Shown one piece after another: positions 1 to 13,800 of a stretch of 39,855 bases of DNA. How positions within the stretch are numbered: the stretch's first letter is position 1; the number at the start of each line of letters is the position of its first letter. Below the pieces are notes generated by a model. That model saw only the letters and a list, made by a program, of their open reading frames with translations, was not told the origin of the DNA and did no database searches. This stretch comes from Mesotaenium endlicherianum (taxonomy: Eukaryota). The translations under genes were made by a program, and so were the position numbers. The stretch is from positions 381,237 through 421,091 of the forward strand of contig WELA01000805.1 of assembly GCA_009602735.1 (NCBI GenBank), in the 5' to 3' direction.

Positions 1-404
1 GGGGGGGGGGGAGGAAAGGGGGGAGGAAAGGAGGGGGGGAGGAAAAATATTCGGCGCTGTCAGCATCCAAGTTCGTTGCATGCATGCTTCCAGCTGGTCC
101 TTCGGATCCTCTGATCCCTCCGAATTGTTATGTCAGAGAAACACAGCCATCCGCATCTGCAGGCGTGCATGCACAGCTAGGCGCAGGAGAGCATGCGTAG
201 AGTAGGAGGGGGGGGGGGCTTGAGTGCGCAACAACCCACCACCTGGCCACATCACAGCTTCGCAAAGGGGAGGAGGTGCACTCTCACTCTGTAACCCCCC
301 ACCCACTGGTATTTTCTACACCCTCCCACAGCACGACACCCGTGGGCCATCTGACCTCAGTGGGAAACTCACAGCCTGCAGCAGGACCTCGCTCTAGCAC
401 AAGC

Positions 405-860
405 CTCTCAGCCTCTGCCTCTGCCTCTGCCTCTGCCCCTGCCCCTACCCCTGCCCCTGCCCCTGGTATGGGCGCCAGCAGCAAAGTGCAGTGACACAGC
501 CATAGCTCCAGCCAATAATTGGAGCCGGCAAGCCCTGCACAAATAGGTGGCAGGCTCAGGCTCGCGGTCAGGCTCGAATAAGTCAACTCAGGCTGAGGCC
601 CAGGCGGGCGCAAGCTGAGGTTGGGCTCAAGCGCAGAGCAGCAGCTTCCAAGCAGCCTGCGCCTCTCAGGGCCGGGCAGGGCCCCAGGCTCAGGCCCGGC
701 TCAGGCTCGGCTCAGGCTCGGACCAGCAGAACCGGGATTCAGGTGCAGGGCATTGGCAGCCAGACCCAGGCCTAGGTCTCAGGCCCCAGCGCAGGCTCAG
801 ACTCAGGCTCGGGCTTGGGCTCAGGCTAGCGCAGGCTCGACGTAAGCTGTCTCAGGCTCA
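405..860. repeat. Degenerate hexamer arrays (CTCTGC/CCCTGC, then GGCTCA/GGCTCG) downstream of CHIP exon 5
   Basis: gcctctgcctctgcctctgcctctgcccctgcccct at ~411-465; many ggctca/ggctcg units at 553-860. Confidence 0.75.
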
Positions 861-1247
861 GATCAGCAGGGTCAGGGTTCACGGCCTCAAAGTATGCAGA
901 GCTGCTCACGACAAACCGCCTTCCGTTCGAGCAGCTGCTGCAAGCATGCACACACAAGAACCAAGGCTTTGACTCTGAGGAGGAAGGGGCCGGGCTTTGC
1001 TCTCCGGCAGCGCTGCCAGGCTGGAGGACTACACGGGGCCGGGGGGGCTTACTAAGGAACTGACTTGCATAAAGAAGCGTGAGGCTCCGGGAGAAGGGGG
1101 TCAGGGCCAGGGGGAGGGGAAAGGGGAGGGAGAGGCGAGGGGAGGGGAGGGGAGGGAGGTTCTGCTTTGGCGACGGTGGCGGGTTGGAGGGCGTTTGGGC
1201 TTGGGGCTCTGGAGGGGCTTATGGAGGGGGTGGCGGGCAGGGCATGC

Positions 1248-3173
1248 CTGAGCAGGCGCTGGCGCTCGCGGCGGGCGGTGGCCTCGGCCAGCCACTGCGT
1301 GTACTTGGCGTGCGCCAGCTCCTGCCAGATCTCCTCCGTGTCGATCGCGCGCGGGGAGTCCAGCCCTCTCGCCAGCTCCAGGGCCTGCAGGCGGAGGAGG
1401 GGGAGGGGAGGGGGTGGACACCACTCGGCAGCGGGACAGGCAGGCACCCGCTCAATCGCACAGCACCTCTGAGTGGCCGCCCTGAGTGTCCAGGATTTCG
1501 GGTTTCGGGTTCGCATCTTGGTGCAGGCTAGGAGCACAGGGTTTTCAAATTTAAGGGTTTAAGAGCTTCAATGCTTGCGGCTCGGGCAAGGAGACTCCTG
1601 GCCCGCACCAAACTTGAGAGCTTGGGGGCCGCAGCACAGGTGGAGGTAGCGGGCACCTGCCCGTCGAAAGCACGCCCGGGGGCTCGGATTGAGTGCGGGT
1701 TCTATGACCCAAGGCCTGGCTGCAGAGTAAGATTTTTTTGGGCTGAGGGTTGGCAGATGATGATGATGATGGTGTGGGGCGGCCTGGGGCTCACAGGGGG
1801 AGGAGAGGGGTTGAAGGATTGATAGCAGATAGATAGCGACAGAGCGGGGGGGAGCGGGCAGGCGACGCCGGTGTGAGTTTGAGGGGGCCTATAGCCTAAA
1901 CCCCTGGGAGCTTAGCTACACACTCTTCAATTGATGTACAGGTGGCAGGGTGGCAGGGTGGCAGGGTGGCAGGGTGCCATGCGATGCCACGGGTGAATGG
2001 AATCCACATCTGGAGCGGGAGGAACCACACGCGTCTTGGGGAAATATTGCGAGCTGCGGTGACAAGTGGCAGGCCCAAAGAAACCAGTTTGAACGACGAG
2101 GAGGGAGAAGTCCCAAGTTGAACGACGGGGAGGGAGAAAAAAAGGGAAAGGAGAGGAAGAATCTTGGCGGTGGTGCGCAGTCCAGCTGAATCCAGGAGGT
2201 AAGTTGCCTGAACTGAAGGGTTTCGAAGTGAGAGCATTTGAGGTGTGACAGCTTCCCTCTAAGACGATGCCCCCAGCTGCACCACCCGCTGCTGCCCCCT
2301 CGTTTGCCATGCTCACTAGAAAGGTTCCACCTGTTAGCTCTTCACAGCTGTCTATGAAACTGATGAAGCATCACCTCCACAGCAGGCTGCGCTGCAAGCA
2401 CCCTACTCGTCCTGCCGCCCAAACAGCAGGCTCCTGCAGCTACCTAAAAGAAAGATGCATCACAGGCCTGAATGTCAAGGGGCTCAGATAAACCCCTGAA
2501 TTCACTGCCAAAATCTTCAACCCCAGGGACAGGACGCCGAGGGCCACAGCTCCGGCTCCACCCCTGGCCCCAACGCCAGTCCAAAACTTCTATCTTTTTG
2601 TGTCTCATCCCTTTCTCTCCTTGGCCCCCTCCCTCCTTCCGTCCCATCCCGCCCTCCCTCTATCCCTCCCTCTTGCCCTTTCTCTCTCTCTGACACCTCA
2701 AGCCCCCCCAGGAGTTGGCCCCGGGGCTGAAGAGTGCCGGGGCGTCTCACCTTCTGCAGCTCATTGATGGCTTCCGAGAGGAGGTTGTGCTCCTGCAGCG
2801 CCAGCCCTAGCATGAAATGCGCCTGCAGCGCGCCACATCGCCACCCGCAGATGCCCATACCCACGCGCATGTCCATCACCATGCCCACAAATCCACCAAT
2901 ATGCACCCACCCATCACCCACACGCACATGAGCACAAGAAAGAGAACGAGCGAGACTAGAGGGACACAGGTGTAGAGGGGGGGAGAGGACAGCACACACG
3001 GGGAGAGAAAGAAATCACCTTCTTAATGCTTCCAAGATGCATGTGCGTGCTCTCGTGCACGCCTGTGCATGTGTGTGTGTGTGTGTGTGTGTCCCTGCGT
3101 AGTGTGTGTGCATGCGTCTGTGTGTGCTTCTGCCTGCGTGCATGCGTGTGTACGAGTGCGTGCGCGTGTGTGA

Positions 3174-3264
<91 letters not shown>

Positions 3265-4809
3265 TGCGCAAGTGCAGCCATGGCCCGAAAAGTTCACCTT
3301 GACCGACTTTTTGTCGAACTCCAGAGCCTTCCTGCAGTCGGACTCCACCCTTGGCCAATCCCTGCCACGCAATCGGAGGGAGACACGTGGCAGCTTCCCC
3401 GGCCCTTCAGCATCAAAACACAAGGCAGATGCATTCCCCGCAGTTCCCGCGCTCTCTCTTGACCTTAGTCCCGATAGCCCACACCAGACATAGTTTGAAA
3501 ACTTCACCAAGTAGCGTACTTGGCAGTCTTACAGAGCATGCAGCCCAGTGTCGGTATGATTTTAACAAAGGTGTCAGGGGGATACTAGGGAAAAAGCGGC
3601 AGAGGCAGGGGGGGNNNNNNNNNNNNNNNNNNNNNNNNNNNNNNGGGGGGGGGGGGAGAAAGAGTTGGCTTAGGGCTCTCATTCCTGCAGACAGCCCGGA
3701 AATACTTTTCTGTCACAGTTCTAAAGGAGGGTGGAGACGAGAGAGATCCGAACTGCTTAAAAGATGCACAAGCGGAGGCCTCTCATACGCGCTGTCTGAA
3801 GCTACCCCAGCTGCCGCGGAGGACCCCCGTGGTCCAGGGGAACCTCTGGAGCTCTAAAGAGGGCCTCCCTCGGGGGGGAAAGGCCTCTTCTTGGAACGAA
3901 CACCAATATTCCTTATCCCGGAGAACAAACGCGGGCTGAGATGGGAGGGCCTCTGCGCTGAGCAAGCGGCAGATTACTGTATGCTTTCAAAAAAAAAAGA
4001 TGCAAACTTGCAGCCTGACTGGTCCGACGCATCGCATAGCAAGCACGTGCATGCGTGTGACACCCCCCTTGCCCACGCGCCTGCCCCCGTCCCCGCCAGC
4101 GCAGAGACTGCGGAAAGTGACTGGGGCCCACAGGAGCCTCCAGGCAATCGCACGTGAACCTTTCTAATACATAATTAGTCGTGCAGTAGAACACAGAGCA
4201 GTAGAACACAGAGCAGTAGAACAGTACGCAAGGGATGCAACAACGATGGCTGTACCACGGTGTGTCCACGTCATGCCCGATCTGACCTTACACATATCTG
4301 GCGACTATCACCCATAGGACGGTACAGCAGTAGGGACGGTGGATGAGGAGGTGTGCCTGAGAAGGAAGCAGGAATTAAAGGGGGCGTACTTCTTTTTCCT
4401 GAAGCAGAGGGCACGGTTGGTGTAGTAGACAGGCACATTGGAGCACAGCGCGATCGCCTGTACGTCCAGAGCCTCGTCACATTCAGCACATGCACTGGGC
4501 ATATTTAGCACATGCACATGCACAGGGCACAATTGGCACGTTCGAAGGAGCTGGCCCTGTGTGATGGACACTTTTGGCGGAAAGAAGAAACATACTATCC
4601 CTTATTTTTCAAAAGAAGCCGCAACGTTTTGTTAGTTAGTCCAAAACGAACGTCCAGCCTGTAGACATAAGTCATTGCGGGGTCTGAAAGATCACCTCAG
4701 TGTATCTGTCGATTGCTGGCCCTAGCTTGTCTCTAGCAAAAAGCTGGTTGCCTTCGATCTTTAACAGCTCTGCTTGAGACGCACTCGAGGAGGACTTTGA
4801 CGTCTGCAT
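1248..4809 (-). CDS. CHIP: CHIP/STUB1-type TPR + U-box E3 ubiquitin ligase, 5' five exons (U-box exons not found in the window)
   Basis: Minus-strand exons 4809-4696 (MQTSKSSSSASQAELLKIEGNQLFARDKLGPAIDRYTE), 4457-4390 (AIALCSNVPVYYTNRALCFRKK), 3361-3298 (DWPRVESDCRKALEFDKKSVK), 2822-2751 (AHFMLGLALQEHNLLSEAINELQK), 1384-1248 (ALELARGLDSPRAIDTEEIWQELAHAKYTQWLAEATARRERQRLL). The first four introns are GT-AG and phases join in frame. Three TPRs plus EEIWQELAHAKY match plant CHIP as recalled (EEIWEELSKAKY). The exon 5 3' boundary (GC donor) is inferred. Confidence 0.92.
1941..1977. repeat. 8-bp tandem repeat (GGTGGCAG)x4 in CHIP intron 4
   Basis: ggtggcagggtggcagggtggcagggtggcagggtgc. Confidence 0.9.
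3040..3262. repeat. Compound (TG/CG)n + (AG)n microsatellite in CHIP intron 3
   Basis: Alternating purine-pyrimidine tract 3040-3188, then a perfect AG run 3191-3262. Confidence 0.95.
4183..4223. repeat. 15-bp tandem repeat GCAGTAGAACACAGA (~2.7 copies)
   Basis: gcagtagaacacagagcagtagaacacagagcagtagaaca. Confidence 0.9.
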
Positions 4810-6583
4810 CTGAAGCTTTGAGGGCAGCAACTCACACTCGGCTACTTGGCGACTGCCCAAGTATCCTCAACAATACATGAGCTCAACCGATTGCACGAGC
4901 AAGTAGAGCTTCAGCTTCACGAGCTCATTTCACACTCTTCTCAGTATAAAAGGCGACAGACACTCCCTACGCAGTTCAGACGTCGCGAATTGCCTCAGGA
5001 TGTGTCATCAATAACCCGTCCGTCGCATGAGATCAAAGCGGCATGCTTGTAAGTATTGGCCTCAATCCAAAGCTTACTTTTGTCCTGTTGCCTCTGGTAG
5101 TAAAATGACTATTGTATCAGTAACCAGAAAACGAGATATTACTTTTGGAAAGCGATGGCAACAGGAGGGTCGGACACTCCTGAGGAAAGAGGTCCCTCTC
5201 CCAATTGAGACGATCCTCCGTGCAAACGGACGTGACTATAGGGCATGCAGAAATATGAGGCAGACAGAGGGGTGACTCTTACGCAGAGCTTCTAGAACTG
5301 CAGAAATTCGTGGAAATAGACATTCACACGCGTGTATAAAATTAACTGCGACCGGTTGAAAAGAGTCGCAATCGAAGTGGGCTTGAGAGTCAAGAGTCGA
5401 CACTGCGGACCTGCTGCAGACCAGACCTGTCGAAACTGGCAGTCTTTTGTCAGATGTGAAAGCCCTTACATGCATGCAGTGGGCCCTCCGATCGTCGTGG
5501 GGTAATTATCCCTTCAGAATTGGGAGCAAAGTGTGACATTTTTTATTTGGGCCAAAAAAACAATGTTACTTCTTCCCTTGAGCTTATTATAAGACTTCCA
5601 CAGAATCAAGGTAACGAAAATTCTGGGCACGACTTGCAATCTTATCAAAAAAAAGCGAAGTTGCTGAAAAGTCGCAGCCACAACGGGATCGAGCCAGGTA
5701 CGGTCGTCTTACGTAGTCTGCACCGGTATAAGCATTGGTTAGCACCCCATGTTTCGTCGACTAGTAATGCGTTGATTGTTCCGAGTCGAGCACTCTCAAG
5801 AACCCGACTAAAATGTCTCGATTGAACCTCGTAAAAAAGTGGGATTTGGGTCGCGAGAAGGGATTGTTCGAGCATGTCTCATGAAGGAATCGACAACTGC
5901 TCCTTCGAGCTTTGTTTAGGACTGCCTTGACATTGCATTCTTTGAGATCAAATGTACGTTCTGTTCAATCACGCGTAATACCGCGTCACACAAGCTATGT
6001 AGGATAGGTAGTTTCTCAGAAGGGAAGCGATTCAACTCACTCTCCGGGTGTATTATTCACACAGTTCTGAGCCAAGAAGTATTCAAAGACCCTCTTGGGA
6101 ACTATGAAGAACGGAAGAGGCCTATCATATTGTGAATTGGCTGTGAAGGAGAAATATTGACTGCTTAAACAAGTCCGAGTCAGCCCATTGTGGCATTTGC
6201 GAAGTGCTCAAAAAACTATGCCCACTGGAGCGGCTAGCTTGAGTTACAGCGAAATGCTTGAAGCAAGGTCGCGGTAAAGTTGCCGGCAATTGGTCTTCCC
6301 CAGGGCTGTTCACGAGGCTCTTGACGTTTTGATTATAGCGGGACAGGTGACGAGGTCTCAGGTAGACCTCGCAGAGTGCTGACGTATAGAAGACTTGATA
6401 AGTGCATGTCGTGACTACTACTGGAACAACTGGCAGGTTTCTGGGTGCAGTGGGTGAGGGAGGGGCAGCTGGCACCTGCAGAAGCTGGACGGAGGTGGCA
6501 ATGGAGTGAGCTGCCAAGTAGGCTGGCAGGGGTGTGCACAAGTCATGCTGAGATAGGGAAGGGGGAGGGGCTTAGGGTTCGGC
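4810..6583. promoter_or_regulatory. Divergent (head-to-head) intergenic/promoter region between CHIP and the PX-RH gene
   Basis: Lies between two outward-facing start codons; lower GC and free of the microsatellites seen in introns. No individual element assigned. Confidence 0.55.
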
Positions 6584-7840
6584 ATGAGCTTCACGCGGCC
6601 GGAGCTTGTAAGCCCGTCCGCTGCTGAGCTCACAAGCACTGGCAGCTCCTCCGCCGGAACTCGGGGCGATCAAGAAGTGCTGCCCACCAGAGGAGCTGTC
6701 GGAGGGGAAGGCAGCGGCGGTGGCGGCAGCAGCTGCGCTGGCAGAGGAGGAGGAGGAGGAGGAGGAGGAGACGTGGGGAAGCGTGCGCCAGCTCTCTGGC
6801 CCCGGGGGTCCGCTGGTGATGGTAGGCTCCTCAGTCCCGCAGGCTCCAAAGGCTTGCTGCAGAAATCTGACGACAACAATCACGCCCTAACCCACACCCT
6901 AGCCCAGGCGGGAGGTGAGGACGCCAGGTGCCTGCCTGCCGGCCTGCAGCACAGCTGCGGACTACTCGAAACACAATGCATGGAGGGCGAGCAGGAGCAG
7001 GTGCGGGAGCGGGAGCAGGAGCAGGGGCAGGGGCAGGGGCAGGGGCAGGGGCAGACAGGCGGGCGAGAGGCGGTGATGGACGGGCAGAAGCAGGAGCAGG
7101 AGGGGGAGAGGGAGCATGAGGGGAGTGAGGTCTTTGAGCTCACTCCCCGGCCGCTGGGGGGCGGAAAGGGCGGGTGGGAAGATCCTCTGACTCCTGCCGG
7201 CGCTCACACTTGCCCCTCTCTCGATCCTTTTCTTCTGCAGGAAGGGGAGTGCTGCGTGCCTGGCGCTGACATTGATGGTAAGGCCGAGGGGTCGAGTGGC
7301 GACCGGACTAGCGGAGACTTTGGGTCGAATAGTGGGGGGAAAGGTGGTGGGAAGGACGTGGGTGCACGTAAGGTGGGGAGGGCGCCGTCGCCCTTGCTAT
7401 TATTGCTTCCGCTGTCGTCGTCGTTGTCAGGGGCAGATGCGAACGGGTCCCTGGCGGGGGGGAGTTCTGTCGATGGCGGGAAGGTTGGAGGAGGAGGAAG
7501 CGGGGAACGGACAAGGGCAGCGCCGGCCATCGCGCTGACAAGTGTCAGCGCGAGGTGCGACCCTGGCGTGGAGGAGGATGGGGGCCATTACGGACGAAGA
7601 GACAGCGATGACAACAACGTCAACGTCGACAATGCAGCCAGAGACAGGCTCGGCGACAGGCCGGGGGTGTGCTGGCTGGACGACAGGTTGGGAGACAGGT
7701 TAGGAGACAGGTTGGGAGACAGGTTAGCAGACAGGCCGGGGGAGAGGCCAGCAGATAAGGACCAGATGCAGGCGCTGGAAGACATAGACCACCCGCAGCT
7801 GCAGCAGCTGCAGCAGGAGCAGCAGCAGCGAGAGCTGCAG

Positions 7841-7886
<46 letters not shown>

Positions 7887-10800
7887 TGGAGCAGAAGCAG
7901 GAGCAGCAGCAGGAGCAGGAGCAGCACCAGCAGGAGGGTCAGGAGGCAGGAGAGGAAAGAGAGCTGGAGGCGAGTGCCCGGAGCAGAGCGGGGAGGCATA
8001 GGGAGGGGGCGGAGGGGGAGCTCCCCTGGGGCGGGGAGGGCCAGCAGCACAGGCGGGGGCAGCGCACGCGCACAGCTGGAGCGCCAGCTGGCGGCAGGGC
8101 AGGGGGGCGGAGGGGGCAGCCCGCGGGGGCCAAGTGGGTGTCCAATGAGCTTGGGCCCGACGAGGTGAGCTCCCGCCAGCTGGCAAGCGGGCGTGTGTGT
8201 GACTCTGGGTGTGCCTTGGCTTGCCAGATCTTTTCCATCCTGGGGCTCAGGAGAGTTTGCAATAGAGATATGCTCCCTCCAGCTCACCGTTGTTCTTCAC
8301 TCTCCTCCACTTCTGCTTCTCTGATCATAGCCGGCTGCTCAGGTCTTGTGCGTTTTGGCGGCTCTCCCCTGGCTGCCACCTGGCAGCCCTCTGAGGATCT
8401 CTCCCTTGCGTGCGTCGGTCAGAAGGCCCAATCATCAGGAGCAGCATATATAACCCAGACCCCTCGACTTTTAAACCCTATGCACCAATTTCAATTAAGA
8501 CCAACCCTAAAAGCAGGATGCGTCTGCTCGCCCTCCTCGCAGCCTCTGCTCCCAGTCTTAATTCTGGCCAGCAGAATCGTGGGCTAAGAATCCAGTCGTG
8601 AACGGTGACGGAGACGTTGTTGAAGCCCTCCCTACAGGACCTGCGCCTGACCGGCGTGACATGCCATGTGGCACGTCCTCATCCGTCCTCTTCCTCCTCC
8701 TACCACCACCACTCAATGTCCCCCCTGCCCTCCCCCCTTGGCCCGTGCTGCACCGAACGGGTGGGCGTGCCGACAGGTGTCACAATGTGTGGAGGCTCAC
8801 TCCTTACTCCAACCCTGAAGCCCTTGAGTGGCTGGCTGTCTGTCGAACGATTGTCGGGCTCAATGGCGCGTGCATTCGGGCGGGTGGGCGGGCGGGTGGC
8901 GCCAGGTGTCACGCTACGTGGAGGCACACGCGGTGCAGGAGGCGTACATGGACGTGGTGCGTGACATGGAGGACATCCTCCTCCTCGACTCCGCTGACTG
9001 CCCCCTGCACCACCCCCGGGGGCAGGGGCATGCGCCCGCGCACGCACAGGAGCAGGAGCAGCAGTGGGAGCAGGAGGGGGAGGAGGGGGAGGAGAGGGAG
9101 GATCGCCGACCCGCCTTCTTCGGCGCTCGCAGCTTCTCCCTGCCCCCCCGCCGCCACCGCTCGCTCTCCGATCCGGCGGCGGCGAACGCGATGCAGGCCC
9201 CCCGCCCGGCAGCTGCCCCGGCCCCGTGGCGCGCGGGCGGCAGCGGCCCCCGCCTTGGGCCGGATCTGCGCGGGGGGTGCGGGGAGCCCAAGGAGAGGAG
9301 GGCGGGGCGGGGCAGGGCGGAGGCGAGGCTCCAGAACGGGTGTGGCGGGCTTTCCGACGAGGACAAGGACGAGGACGGGCTGTCTGCCGACGGCGGCGAG
9401 TACGAACCAGAGCACGGCACGGCAGGCAGGGAGTTTGCGCGGGATGGGCCAGGACGTAGCTGGGGGGNNNNNNNNNNNNNNNNNNNNNNNNNNNNNNNNN
9501 NNNNNNNNNNNNNNNNNNNNNNNNNNNNNNNNNNNNNNNNNNNNNNAGGACGGGAAGGGGCAGCGGGAGATGGAGATGGAGGGGGAGGGGGAGGGGGAGG
9601 GGGAGTGGGAGCTGCAGCACGTGGAGGTGTACGGGTCGAGGCAGGTGCAGGGGGGCGCCTCGCTGGGGGACCGGGCGGTGGGGGTGCGCTCGCACACCGT
9701 GTACTGCATCAGGGTCGGGGCAGGCGCGGGGCAGGCCTGGGAGGTCGAGCGGCGCTTCCGCGACTTTGTGGCGCTGTACGCCGCGCTGCGGGGGGGAGGC
9801 GCGTGGGCCGCGCCCTCGCGCGCGGGCTGCGGCTACCCCCTCCCCATGGTGTGGGCCAACCTGGTGCTCGAAAGCCGAAAGGTGCTGGGAAACTCCTCGC
9901 CTGGGGTCATTGAGTACCGGCGCGAGCTCCTCGAGGATTGCCTGAGGTCCTTGCTGGAGGTCGGGAGGCCCCTGTCAAATGCGCCCCCCCTCCTGGACTT
10001 CGTCTCGCCGCGCGTCACAGAGTATCCCCCGCCGCCGCTGCCGCAGCCCGGGGGCACTCCGCGGGCGGACGCGCTGCCATCCATGCTGGCGTCCTCGCTG
10101 GCCAGCCTGAGCCTGGGCGGCAGTGGGGGCGGGGTGGGGGGGGGCGGCAGGGGCGGNGCGGCTCTGAGTGCGACAGCTGTCAGCCTGAGGAGCTTCCGGA
10201 GGGGCAGCCTGCTAAGGAATGCGTCGGGCAGCAGCAGCGGCGGCGGCTGGGCGGGCGTGCCAGGTGTCGCCACCCCGAGAAGCCCCTCCGATGTCATCGC
10301 CACGTCCTCGACGACGACGTCCAGCAACCCCCACTCGGGGGCTTCTTCTGTCAACGGCGACAGCTGGCAAGCGCACGAGGAGGACAGCTGGCGCGCGTTA
10401 GCGAGCCCTGGGGCCGGGGCCGGCGCCGCGGTCAGAGCCAAGCCTAGGGCTAAGAGCAACGCGCGAGGGGGGGGGCGGGGAAAGGAGGAGGGCGAGGGCG
10501 AGGGCGAGGGCGAGGGCGGCGGCGCAAGCTTCGTGTACGGGAAGCGGATAAGGCTGCAGGTGGACCTGCCAGGTGGCGCCAGGTCGCTGACCCAGCAGCT
10601 GCACACGCAGCACTACTCGTGCGCTGGCTGCTACAGGTCAGCATTCTTCTCGGGCCCACAACGCGCGCGGGCATGCGTAAAACCACCCCCATTCCCCACC
10701 TCCATTCTCCACCCTCGCCACCCAACCCCCAACCCTCTCACCCAGCCGCTGGCTCTGTGGTTTGACCAATGGAGGGGGTAGAGGAGGCCCCGTCCAGTCG

Positions 10801-13800
10801 GGATGCGCCAGCTGTCCCAAGGGGAATGCCTTGGCAGCACCCTCGTCATGAAGTCACAAAGGCCAATATCGAATCGGTCTGCTTGAAAGTCAAAAATTCA
10901 AGGGTCCAGGCCTGGGCTCCTTCCGGTGAAGGAATCAGGCCCTGAAGAAGCACCTGAAGCCCTCTGGCAGTCAGGGTGTATGCTTAGGGTTAGGGCTGGA
11001 TGTCCTACGTGGGTGTGAGCTTGCGATGCACGATAGCGACGGCTGCGTCTGGCACTGGGCTGCGGTGTGGATGTGTTTCAGGTGTGGGCATTTCGGTGAA
11101 AATTAGGGTTAGGGTTGGGGCGGGTAGGCAGGAGGGGGGCATACTGACATAGGGCTGCTTCAGCAGTCCCCAGACTCCACCCCGACGGTGAAGAGGCCTG
11201 GGCGCAGACTTTGACTATTCTCAGAGGGGTTGCAACGCAGCTGCCGCCAATGGAGAGAGGCCACTGTACAGCAACGCGCCGCCTGGCAGCGCTCCAACCG
11301 CCCACGCTGCCACACCTGTCGGCGCCGACTGCCAAGGCATGCGGTCACATGTGGCTGCGCTCTCGACTGCATCTTTCCGCTGTGCGCTTTTCACTTTCAT
11401 AGTGTCTCCCTCAGCTTCTTTCTCAGCGCGCGCGCGCTTGCTCAAGCGCACACCTCGCTTGCCATGCCGCTCCCACGCCCTTGCACACGCTTTCACCCCT
11501 TTGCTCGCTCCCCCCGGGATTTGCAGATGTTCAAAACCACGTGGACAACGTATGCACGCGCACTCACACACACGCGCGCACACGGCATGTACATGTGCAC
11601 TCACACATGCGCACCTATAAATTATACGCGCACACAGATCTATACACACACGCACAAACACACACGCAAGTCTGCACTTGCGTGTGTGTTCAATGCTATC
11701 TGTGTAGCTCACTCACTTTGACCTTGGGGTGTCATTGGGGCCCCCTTCCCTCTGCAGGCGCCTGGACCCCTCCTCCGGCTCCACCTTTGTCCCGAACCTG
11801 GTGCCGAGCCTGGTGCCGGGCCTAGTCAGCGAGCTGGGCCTGGGGGGGACCGCCTTCCCGCGCCTGTGCGAGTACACCTGCCAGCTCTTCTGCGGGGCCT
11901 GCCACGCAAACGAGACATCTGTCATCCCCTCGCGCGTCCTCCACGTGTGGGACTTCAAGCCCAGGAGGGTCTGCCAGCTGGCCAAGGCGTACCTCGACTC
12001 CATCTTTGACCAGGTTGACCTTTGACTGCTGTACCTCAAGTCCGGCTATTGACTGTTGAATCTACTTGCTGCCCACCTGAATTGAACTCTTCTTCTGACT
12101 GCCTGGCTGACTTCCGATCGCCTCACTCCTGGAGCCTTTTGCTCTTCGACTCTTCCTTTCGGCCGCTCTTAACCCGTTTTAATTCTTTCAACAGCGGCTT
12201 GTTGAGTGCAGAAGGACTTCCAATCACCGGCTGCTTACCCTCTGTGCCCCAACCTCTCCCTTTTCCTCTCCGACTCTCTCCCCTCTCGGCCGCCTCCCTT
12301 CTCCCTTTCCCTTCCCTGCTCAAGCCTCCCCCTTGTGCTACACACAGTGCCAGGTCACACAAACTTACCCCAACTATATCCCTATCAGCTCACACTACCG
12401 GCACTCCGGAGGAGTTCATGCTCTTGAAACCTCTCGAGAGCTCTCGAGCTGTCCAGTGCTTCCATTCGACCTTGTGTTTTTGTCGTTAGCTTTCATGGTA
12501 GGCGTCCTTTTCCTCATCACGTTGCCCGCTTTGCGAGGCCTTGCACGCAGCCCGCAAGGCAGCTGTAGGGCGCAGCCCCACAACTCAACTGTAGCGCACA
12601 GCGTGCTGCCCAACTGCTGTTGCACATATTGCTCGCGGCACCACTGTAGCGCACAGCTTGTAGACACACGGCTGTTGCCGCCACCACAGCCCTGAGCCCA
12701 GCTGCAGCGCGCACATACCTGTGGCACTGCTATGCACCGACATCCCTCACAGCACAAGTGGGGCGCAGCCCCTTCAGTGGCACACGGCTCGTGGCACGAC
12801 GAGTGTCGGCACGACGATGACGAGTGTCAGCACACTGCGGCGGGCCATCTGGCGCGCTTGGCTCTTTGGTTCATCTTAGATTCTGAAATTTTGAGAAGAA
12901 GAAGCTCGGCGCCGTCCAGTTTTTTCTGAGACACCTCCTCTCTGCGCTGCGGCGCTCCAGCCAGAGAGCTGCCAGCCCCCCGACCAGGCCCCTCCGGAGC
13001 GAGCGACGCGCTGGCTAGCCGGCGGCCCGACTGTGGCGAACGCGTGTCCGGACTGGCTGGGTTACCCTGCCGCAGATTTGGCTCGCGTTTCTGGCGGCGG
13101 GCGGGCGGGGGTGCTGCGACGGGGTTTTGCCGTAGTCTCTCTCGGACGCCGCTCGGTGGTTGTTAGCATCCGCGTTGTGCATGTGAGGAGGAATGAGAAC
13201 TCATGGCGGTCACGTGTTTTTTGCACACTCGTGCGTCGCACCACTCTCTGTGCTGCGACCCTTTCCCTCTCCCAAGATCACGATCAACAGGCGACAGAGT
13301 TACGTTGAGCCGACGCCCTCCTATTCTCTCCCTCCCCCTTACCTCTGCACCCTCCCCGTCATCCTCCACCTCTCTTGAACCCGAAACTGTATACCCCCCT
13401 TCTCCCCCTCCCCCTGCCCCTTTTCCCTCCCCCTCCCTCTCAGCCGCGGCCCTCTCATGATGTTGGCCCTGCTGCCCTGCTGTTGAGCGCGCAGCCTATC
13501 CTGTGCGTGAGCGCGGTCAACCCCTACCTCTACACCAAGGTGCCCATGCTGGCGCACGTGCGGGCCACGCGGCGCCACCTGGCGCGGCTGCGGGCCTGCC
13601 TGCGGTGCGGCGCGCGCGCGCGGCTTCAGGCGACAACTGGCAGCCGCGCGTACCTGCTGGAGGACAACGACTTCTACGCGCTCCGCGACCTCGCCGACTT
13701 CTCCAAGGGGGCCTTTGCCGGTGCGTGCGTACACGCGTGTCTGAGCGCGCGCGTGTGTGCATGCAAGGGTGTCTAAGCGTGTGCATGTGCTTGCGTGCGT

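Noticed and set aside
356..462. Possible further CHIP exon on minus (GAGAGVGAGAEAEAEAEAERLVLERGPAAGCEFPTE|GTCAGA), echoing the ERL..LER..AA..PTE before the U-box
   Set aside because: Half is hexamer repeat, similarity is weak, and it needs an intervening phase-2 to phase-1 exon that I could not find between 463 and 1247. Left unassigned pending RNA-seq.
2956..3510. ORFs with (SL)n, (ER)n, (CV)n, (HT)n runs here and throughout the introns
   Set aside because: Translations of dinucleotide microsatellites that lack stop codons; only the short embedded exons are real.
5645..5750. tRNA/Pol III-like element on minus (GGCTCGATCCC B-box-like, followed by T-runs)
   Set aside because: The B-box lacks the invariant TTC, the T-stem and acceptor stem do not pair, and no D or anticodon arm is evident. 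tRNAscan-SE or Infernal would settle it.
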